Below are positions 53,624 to 64,000 of a DNA stretch of 64,000 bases, in pieces. The position numbers were made by a program, and so were the translations under genes. This stretch comes from the human T2T-CHM13v2.0 reference genome, Homo sapiens. A model generated the notes under the pieces. That model saw nothing but the letters and a program-made list of their open reading frames with translations, had not been told where the DNA came from and ran no database searches. The stretch is taken from the NCBI RefSeq assembly GCF_009914755.1, contig NC_060931.1; one strand, written 5' to 3'. Each line of letters begins with the position of its first letter. Within the stretch, counting starts at the first letter, position 1.

Positions 53624-54723
53624 TAGCTGGGATGACAGGTATCTGTCACTGCACCTAGCTACTTTTTGTATTTTTAGTAGAGACGGGGTTTCACCACGTT
53701 GGCCAGGCTGGTCTCGAACTCCTGACCTCAAGTTATCCACCCGCCTCAGTCTCCCAAAGTGTTGGGATTACAGGCGTGAGCCACTGTGCCTGGCCCCAAG
53801 GTTCCACTCTTGCATGTCATGCGGGTGTAAAAATGCGTCATCTCAAATGGTTCTGCCTTTGTGAACCCCTCAGACTTTGCCAGGGTTCCTTTCCACCTGG
53901 GTGTCTCTCCGCCACTTGTTTGTGTCTACCTGGATTTTAGGGTCACACTGCTCACAATTTCCCTGGGTTTCCCTGTTCCAAGGTTGAGATGGAGCAGCGG
54001 AACATAACACTGTCTCCGTTGGGGTCTAATGAGTGAGGCAGCCACACAGGAACACGCTCATGGGGTCACATTTTCATATTACCCCCTTGGCTTTTGTCCA
54101 CGGGCGATACAAGAAACGATCCCAAAGAGTGTTTCTGCATTTACGAGAAACCATTTCTGAAGATACCACACACGATGCTAGTCAATGTTCTTTGTATAAT
54201 GATCCACGCCAGAAAAAAAAAAATCCCTTTTAGAATTAAGTAGAAGGGAAAAGTCCTTTCTGGTCTTGATTGCTAAAATGTTTCCCAAGACAGATAAGAT
54301 TGAAAGACTCTGCTGGGTTCCCTTTTTTCCTTGGCTGCCGGGATGCTCAGATAAGTTGAATGCTCAATTAATGAGGACCTGATCTGGCCTAGATATTTAG
54401 GATGTTTGTTTTCATCTCCTGATACACTGCTTCTGATCTTTCTATTAGTATCTGAACAGCTAACTTCAGTTTCTTTTCACCATAAGGTTCCTCAATCTTT
54501 TATGAAAGTGGGATTTGCTTCCCGCAGGCACAGAGATTGTCTACCCACCTGTCACTGAGAGGATAAAACGGGACAGGAGATGTGAGGCACTGTGAAGAGT
54601 TGCAAGTGGTGTACAAACACAAAGCATGGTTATTTTGATTCGGGTGTCTCTTCTCAGTGGGGAGAGGGCAGGGCCACAGCAGAATATGATTGAAAAATCG
54701 GTAGGTGCTCCGGAGAGCCTTAC

Positions 54724-54819
54724 CTGAAGGAGCTGGCCAAAAAGGAAGCTTGCTCGCGAGAGACGGGGGCTGACCCGGGGGTCGCTTGTTGAAAGCGCTT
54801 CTTCTGGCTGCAGGGTGTT
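54724..54819 (-). CDS. CARD11: CARD11 exon 20 (96 nt)
   Basis: tttcag|AAC ... CAG|gtaag. Encodes [32 protein letters not shown]. Confidence 0.96.
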
Positions 54820-55057
54820 CTGAAATGAATTTATCAATCAGTCAGGCCCTGCTGGGCTTGGCAGGAGGGGAGAACACAATGATGCTGGTGAGAACTGGAG
54901 ACCTGTCCTCAAGCCCCTCCATGCTAACGCTTTCTTAGGGAAATCAAAAGGCTGCAGGCAAGGGGCGGGGGCAGGCAGGGGCAGGCGGGGTAGGGGAGAG
55001 GAGTCCTGGAGACTTGGGAGAGAGGTGATTTGCTTCAACAGAGACCAGGGATGGTAG

Positions 55058-55363
<306 letters not shown>

Positions 55364-55366
55364 TGA

Positions 55367-55732
<366 letters not shown>

Positions 55733-55864
55733 TGAGAGGATGGGGCTCCTTCTATAGGGAGCGTCTCATTCCTAAGGAACCAAGGAACCAAGTTCCCTAG
55801 AATTCATCATCCCAATACGGATGGATTGCATTTGTTACTGCCTCTAAAAAAGACCCGGGAGTTA

Positions 55865-56392
<528 letters not shown>

Positions 56393-56804
56393 TTACAGAT
56401 GCTTCCAGATGCCTGCTGTGTGCCCGACACACTACCTGTGCTCAGTCCTTGGGGGCTAGTGCTGTTATAATGACAACGTCGTTGTCGGGATGAGGTCTAT
56501 GGAAAAGAAATGACTAGTGAACCCAGCAAGACAGCATAGAATTGAGTGGTCTGGTCACTACCAGATGGAAAAGGATTCTACAGGATTCTAGTGAAGGTTG
56601 AGAGAAACATCTCTGAGGAGGCAGGAAGGGCTTCCTGGAGGAGGAGGGCCTGGGGGACCTCACTGTGAAACAGGGAAAGCAGTGGCCTTCTTTGGCCTGG
56701 GCTTCTCTATAAGCCCCTCTGCTGATGTTCGTGGCATCCGCAGCCTCCTGCCTGGTCCTCCATAGACTCAGGGAAATGGAGGCCCCGCCCTGATTCTGGC
56801 CTCA

Positions 56805-57098
<294 letters not shown>

Positions 57099-57349
57099 TC
57101 AGAGCTGCTCCTACAGCAGCTTTCCTCACCACCAACGTGCCTGTGCAATATGCTGCTCTTAGAGCTCATAGCCAGGGGAAAGTTCTACCTCCCCAGTGAA
57201 GGTAGCCATGTTGTTTACCAGTTTCCCTTTTTGTCTTGGCTGCCAGGAAGCTCAAAGCTGAAATTTTTGCCAAGTTGCAGTGATCACCTTTACTAGCATT
57301 CCCGCTACACTCTTCATATTTCCCCACCATTATACAGCACTTGTTTGTT

Positions 57350-58034
57350 TTTTATTTTTTTCACTGATGCACAACTCGCATACAGTAAACTGCATAAATT
57401 CTTAAGTACTCAGTTCAATGAATTTCCACAAATGTATATGTGTGGGCAGCAACAACCAGAACCCTCTCTGTCAGTACCTTTCCTAAGGGGAACCACCTTC
57501 CTAACCGATGTTGCTATAAATAGGCTGAATCTCACTTCATGTAAGTGGAACCAAACAGTATATGTTCTCTTCACTTCCAGCTTCCACTTTTCAACATTAC
57601 GCCTGTGAGATTTGTCTGTGATGCTGCAATGTAGCTGGAGGGCGCTCTTTTTCACTGGTGTATAGTACTCCATGGTATGTGGATGTATCCATTCTCCCAT
57701 GTGCAATTTGCATTGTTTGCAGTTTTGGGCTATTGTGAACAACTCTGCTATGAGTTATTCACACACACTGCTGTCTGTGGATATACGTGCTCATTTCTCT
57801 TGGGTATATATACAGAAGTGGAATTACTTGGTCATAGAATATCTATCTATTCATCTATCTATTATCTTTCTACCTATTATCTGTCTATCTATGGATATGT
57901 GTGCCCATTTCTCTTGGGTACATACACAGAAGTGGAATTACTTGGTCATAGAATATCTATCTATCTATCTATCATCTATCTACTTATCCATCCATCATCC
58001 ATCTACGTATCCATTATCATCTATCTATCTATCG

Positions 58035-58082
<48 letters not shown>

Positions 58083-58130
58083 ATCATCTATCTACTTATC
58101 CATCCATCATCTATGTATCCATTATCTATC

Positions 58131-58175
<45 letters not shown>

Positions 58176-58236
58176 CTACCTATCTTCTATCTCTGTATCT
58201 TCTATCTATTTATCTATCTTCTACTTCTATCTATCT

Positions 58237-58276
<40 letters not shown>

Positions 58277-58340
58277 CCTATCTATCTTCTATCTATCTTT
58301 AGAAGATACTGCCAAATGGTTTCCCAAAGAGACCATGGCA
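57350..58340 (-). mobile_element. Old L1M 3' fragment in intron 17 split by the TCTA microsatellite
   Basis: Degenerate peptide FTIAQN.KQ...TMEYY; ctgccaaat...ttcccaaag resumes after the repeat. Confidence 0.75.
57774..58300. repeat. Complex (TCTA)n/(TCCA)n microsatellite with a ~115-bp-period tandem duplication
   Basis: Several pure TCTA runs; catttctcttgggta...cagaagtggaattacttggtcatagaatatctat occurs twice (about 57790 and 57905). Confidence 0.92.
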
Positions 58341-58617
58341 CATGTCGTTTTAACCTTATTTAAATGTCATCAACCTCCCAAGTAAAGTTTTGCAAATACT
58401 TTGTGAGGGAGCGGGGCATAAACCATGAATGCAACAAATGCAGCAAGCTCTGCTATGATATCAAACCATAATATAAACCCCCACATCAGCCCCACCTGCT
58501 GAGGGCTGTATAATACTGCGGAAGCTAAAATGGTTCTAATAACCAGAGTAGCCTGTCGAATGTCCACGCCCACATTCCAGGGCCGTGCCAGCCAGCTGGA
58601 TTATCTGATGAATGTTC

Positions 58618-59640
58618 CCACCACTGTGCATGGAGAAACAAGGGTTCCCTGTCAGGTCCGTCCGGGGGATCTTGGCCTTGTCCAGCACATCTCAGAATTC
58701 TGCCCATCCACCTGGCCAGGGGCCACTGTGATCGCTATCTGAGTTCTCTGCCTCCTGTGAAAACGGAACCTGCACACAGGACCCTGCCGGAATGAACTTT
58801 CTTTCCCTGGAATTCCAGACTTGCAGGGCTGTGCTGCTGCGCAGCTCCGGGCTTTGGAGGTGCTGCCCACATCATATTCTGCAGGCCCACGGATTTTCTG
58901 CTGGGCTGGAAGATCAGGGTGCACCATCGGAGAGAAGCCTGTCCTGCATGTAGGGACAGAGCATCACTATTGTCTTTGCACGGGCAGGGCACTGCCGGGA
59001 AGGAGCTCAAGCAGGCGGCTCTGGGGAGTGGATAGAGAGAAACTGGCTATTTATTCTCTACTGAAACATTCATGAGCCCTGGCGGTTAAAAATAAGATCC
59101 AGCTGCAGAGATAATCATGTAGAAAAACCCAGAGGTGAGAACAAGAACTCAGACTTGTTCAGAGCGGAAAACAAAGCTCAGAGCTCACAGCCCAGGAGTC
59201 TTGGCTGAGAAGGAGGAGATCCCATTCAAAGGATGCTGGGGGCCCCGTGAAAAGGGAGGGTGAGGCCCGCCTGCCCCGGAGCTGGGGGATCACAGAGCAA
59301 GAATCCTGGGGCCCAGGATGTGGTTCAGTGGTCTTGGTCCTGGGTAGAGAAATCTCTGGGCCCCCTGGCCAGCAGTGCCACAGAATATGATGTGAGCAGC
59401 GCCCCCCAGGGTTGGGAAGCAGCACAGCCCTGCAGTCTGGAATTCCAGGGAAAGAAAGTTCACTCCAACAGGGTCCTCTTTGTAGGTTCTGTTCTCATAG
59501 GAGGCAGAGAGCTCAGGTAGCCATTGCTATGGCCCCCGGCCTGGTGGGTGAGCAGGCTTCTGAGATACGCTGAACAAAGCCAGGAATCCCCCAGCAGGAC
59601 CTGACAGGGAACCTCTGTTTCTCCATGCCCAGTCCGTGGG
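58618..59640. repeat. Non-Alu inverted repeat in intron 17 (arms about 58618-58900 and 59345-59640)
   Basis: Examples: ttccctggaattccagact vs agtctggaattccagggaa; catggagaaacaagggttccctgtcaggtcc vs ggacctgacagggaacctctgtttctccatg. Opposite-strand ORFs in the track share SLEFQGKKVHS...GGRELR. Confidence 0.92.
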
Positions 59641-60006
59641 CAGACTGACCCTAGAGCTGCTGCCTACGGACATCAGGAATGGGAAGCCCGAGAGAGGAGG
59701 CAACTTCCACTTACCAGGGAGAGGGCTGAGCTGGGCCAGCCGGGGCTCCAACAGGTGTGCCTGAGGCTGGGGATGCCGTGTCCACTGTGACCCGGCGGGC
59801 AGCCCGAGACACCTGGGCAGGTGAGTGCAGACGTGGCCAAAGAGCCAGTGCAAGACAGCAAAGCCCCGCTCACGGCTGTTGCCGTCCCTGTGTGCTCTCC
59901 CAGACCTGCCCCTGCACCTCGTGATGCTGCCAGGAAGTGCCCATGCCTTCCACTGAACAGACGAGCAAGCAGAGGCTCTAGGCGGCGAGGTCACTTGTCC
60001 AGGTCA

Positions 60007-60300
<294 letters not shown>

Positions 60301-60521
60301 TCAGTGCCAACAGGGGGAAAAAGCATCTTGTTCAGGGGGGTGCACCTGCCTCCTGCCTGCACCCTGGGAGCTTGCAGGATGCAGAAGCATGGGCGGGGAG
60401 CTGGGGAGAGAAGGGCCCAACAATGCCGACGGTCTGACCACCTTCCAGCTCCCTCCTCCTGCCCGGGGATCCATGGCTGAATGCAAGGCTTAGGGGCTCC
60501 TAAATGTCACCACTGACACTA

Positions 60522-60779
<258 letters not shown>

Positions 60780-61658
60780 TCAGTTAGGCAGCTGGGCTGA
60801 AAAGAGAAAAGCCCTACTGGGACACACCGGGGGTTGGTGGTGGGCGCCAGGACCCCGGTGGCATGGCCTCCTGTGGTCATCAGGCGCCTGGGTGTCCTGG
60901 CTCCGAGAAGGCCCTTAATGGCTAAGGGAAGTGAGAGCTCACAAGTGGCTCCTGCTGCGAGAAATGCAGATGAGGAGAGGAGCTGAGGCACCCTCTGTGG
61001 CCGCAGCGGCCGTGCTGGGACTGGCAAGGGCCATGTTAGGAGGGTCCCCTTGAGCGCGGCCCACCGGGCTCCACTGTGTCATGGATGGGGACTGCTGGGT
61101 ATCTGGGTCCCACTTCTTTGCCTCTGCCATGCTGCATGGCCTTGGGCAAGCCCCTTCCTCTGTGGGCCTCGGTTTCTGCACCTGGACACTTGGGAGGTCA
61201 GAGGAAGTGATTTCTTTTTTTTGAGACAGGGTCTTGCTCCGTCGCCCAGGTTGGAGTACAGTGGTGCAATCATAGCTCACTGCAGGCTCAACCTCCTGGG
61301 CTCAAGTGATCCTCCTGCCTCAGCCTCCTGAGTAGCTGAGACTACAGGTGTGTGCCACCATGCCTGGCTAATGTTTAAATTATTTTGTAGAGATGGGGTC
61401 TTGCGTGTTGCCCAGGCTGGTCTGGAGCTCCTGGGCTCAAGCAGTCCTCCCGCCTTGGCCTCCCAAAGTCCTGGGATTATAGGTGTGAGCAATGCGCCCA
61501 GCCAGGAAGTGATTTCTGACTCGGGAATGCTACAATTCTGGTTCTGGCTCTAGGAGAACAAAGCCCACATGAATGGTCCCCTTTGTAAGAGAGCGAGGGG
61601 GCAAGGGGTCTTTATCCCATCCCCACCCTCAACCCCGGCTTCCCCTTCACTGGGGTAC

Positions 61659-61791
61659 CTTTCCAGAGAGAACTTCCTGAACATGAGGTTGACCTGCTCC
61701 AGGTCGTAGGCATCCAGGCCCTCGGATTGGTGGGAGGAGGAGGAGGAGTGGATGGAGGAGGGTCCGAAGGAGTAGCGTTCGTGACTGTCAT
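61659..61791 (-). CDS. CARD11: CARD11 exon 15 (133 nt; end of inhibitory linker, [10 protein letters not shown]...FRKFSLER)
   Basis: Acceptor cctctgcag|AT, donor AG|gtacc. Translation matches CARD11 as recalled, including the RKFS phosphosite motif (S644). Confidence 0.97.
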
Positions 61792-62057
61792 CTGCAGAGG
61801 GACGAGGGCCCATCAGTACCAGGGGTGGCGGGGAGCTCTGGAGACAGCCCTGGGACCTGCTGGGCTGGTCCCGGCACTGGGGGCAGGCTCGGAGCCCTCC
61901 TTCCCTACTCTTCCCGGGCAGCCTCCCAGGAGATGGGTCTCTGAGGTTCCCTGGCACAGATGGCTGAGTCCTGCATTGAATGTCTCCAACACAGATGTTC
62001 TCCAGCCTCCAGGAGCTTCCTCTTAGTGGGAAGCTTTATCAGGTATCTGGTTTTTAA

Positions 62058-62279
<222 letters not shown>

Positions 62280-62856
62280 TAATTTCTGGGCTCAAGCCAT
62301 CCTCCTCTCTTGGCTTTCCAAGGAGCTGGGACTACAGGCATATGCCACCATGCCTGGCTAATTAATTATTTTTTTGTAGAGACAGGGTCTTGCTATGTCA
62401 CCCCTCCTGGCCTCCAGTGATCCACCAGCCTTGGCCTCTCAGAACGCTGGTATTACAGGCGTGAGGCACCGCGGCTGGCTTCATTCTGTTCTTGAATTGG
62501 GCCCCCACATTTTCATTTTGGGACCCTAAGGCCTCACCATCATCCATCAGCTTCCCGGCCCGCAGGGGCCTGAAGCAGGGCAGGAAGAGGAGGGTCTGGC
62601 CCCGATAGGAGCCCCTCCCTATCTTCTCACCCCAGGTGGACCCAGAACACCTGGGGGAAAGACACCCACTGCCCAGAGCTCTGGGTGGCTGGGATGGAGA
62701 GAACTACAAATCTGCTCGGGGCTGATAACAAAGGCTTCTCTGCAAATGGAATTTTTCCCGACACTGCAAAATACTTTGGACGGTTGCCCGGGATTCTCTC
62801 CCCTTTCCAAAACTCTTTCAATTCTTCTCATTACCCAGCCTCGATTAGGGGCTAAC

Positions 62857-63027
62857 CTCTCTTTAACACTTGGTAGCGCTGATGCTTCCCCATTAAGGAG
62901 GACCACTCATCTTTCGTTTCATCGGTTGGCAGCCTTAGCTGGCAAAGGCTGGGGGAGCCCTGGAAGAGAGGGGGCTGGCAGGGCACACCTGGAGGACTCT
63001 GAGCCACAGTCTCCCCTGCTGCCAGCT
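62857..63027 (-). CDS. CARD11: Candidate in-frame cassette exon in CARD11 intron 14 (171 nt, 57 aa)
   Basis: ccccgacag|AG ... AGA G|gttagc. Phase 1-1, matching the intron phase implied by exon 15 starting with AT. No stop codon. Splice sites are weak. Confidence 0.5.
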
Positions 63028-63132
63028 CTGTCGGGGCCAGGGGATGCTGCCACCCTCCCTCGGTGCTGAGACAGGCTTGAAGGTGGTGATCCTGCAAGCC
63101 CGCCTTCACCCTCCCTACTTCTCCCCATCCTG

Positions 63133-63660
63133 CCTTGCCCCTCCAATGTCGACCTGTTCCCCTGGCCTTGCCCTTCCAATGTCGGCCTCTCTCCCCACAG
63201 CCTTGCACCTCCAAGGTCGGCCTCTCTCCCTGGCCTTGCCCTTCCAATGTCGGCCTCTCTCCCCACAGCCTTGCACCTCCAATGTTGGCCTCTCCCTTCA
63301 GACTTGTACCTCCAAGGTCGGCCTCTCTTCCTGGCCTTGCCCTTCCAATGTTGGCCTCTCTCCCCACAGCCTTGTACCTCCAAGGTCGGCCTCTCTCCCT
63401 GGCCTTGCCCTTCCAATGTTGGCCTCTCCCCACAGCCTTGCACCTCCAATGTTGGCCTCTCCCCACAGTCTTGCACCTCCAATGTTGGCCTCTCCCCACA
63501 GCCTTGCACCTCCAATGTTGGCCTCTCCCCACAGCCTTGCACCTCCAATGTTGGCCTCTCCCCACAGTCTTGCACCTCCAATGTTGGCCTCTCCCCTCAG
63601 CCTTGCACCTCCAATTTCGGCCTCTCCCCCTGGCCTTGCCCCTCCAATGTCGGCCTCTCC
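63133..63660. repeat. Minisatellite, ~33-bp unit CCTTGCACCTCCAATGTTGGCCTCTCCCCACAG, about 16 variant copies
   Basis: Directly visible tandem units; produces 11-aa repeats in overlapping ORFs on both strands. Confidence 0.95.
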
Positions 63661-64000
63661 ATCTGCATTCTGTATTCCTTTTGCAGAGGCTGGTTAACAG
63701 CTCAACACATGAATTTCGCATGAGAACTCCCTGCTCCCAGCCCACTCTCTGCCCTCCTGTTCTTTCCTGTCTCTGAGGCTCCTGTCTTTATCTATAAAAT
63801 GAGGGTAACAATAGCATTTCTGAGAGCGGCTGTTGAGATTAAACTGGATCAGGTATGCAGGTCGAGCCCCTCCATGGTGCCTGGCTAGAGTATGTGAGAG
63901 CTACGCTTTTTAAAAGCCCAGACCTAGCTCGCACCCTCTGCACAGCAGCCGGATGGGCCCCCATTACCTACAAGACAAAGAACAAGCTCACAGGGCATCT

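Noticed and set aside
57672-58385. Hydrophobic 228-237-aa YLSI-repeat ORFs
   Set aside because: Translation of the (TCTA)n repeat.
58370-58573. 67-aa hydrophobic ORF faintly resembling a transporter helix
   Set aside because: Short, non-ATG start, similarity too weak to support; would need tBLASTn.
62852-63776. Five overlapping 158-297-aa ORFs with 11-aa repeats
   Set aside because: Artefact of a largely stop-free 33-bp minisatellite; only 62857-63027 has plausible splice sites.

Overview
Primate, almost certainly human, genomic DNA (7p22 by gene identity). From about 43.7 kb to the window end lies the 3' part of CARD11 (CARMA1) on the minus strand. I resolved 11 coding exons (15-25, counted back from the terminal exon of the 25-exon gene). 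All have GT-AG junctions and join into one frame of 1658 nt: end of the inhibitory linker, PDZ, SH3, GUK, and a stop at 44243-44245. The upstream exons lie beyond the window. Positions 1-43 kb are intergenic and rich in Alu, MaLR-LTR, L1 and MER elements, with no credible protein-coding gene. Main observations: (1) the terminal intron holds an inverted ~164-bp copy of CARD11's own poly(A)-site region, which could pair with the 3' end of the pre-mRNA; (2) two more local inverted duplications, one a ~290-bp non-Alu hairpin in intron 17; (3) an in-frame 171-nt candidate cassette exon in intron 14 that would add 57 aa to the autoinhibitory linker, next to a 33-bp minisatellite; (4) a Val codon where I recall Ala687 in the reference PDZ domain; (5) a 36-bp perfect Alu-Alu identity exactly 1377 bp apart bracketing exon 21. 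Repeat subfamily calls and percent identities are by eye, and c./p. numbering assumes the 1154-aa reference as recalled.
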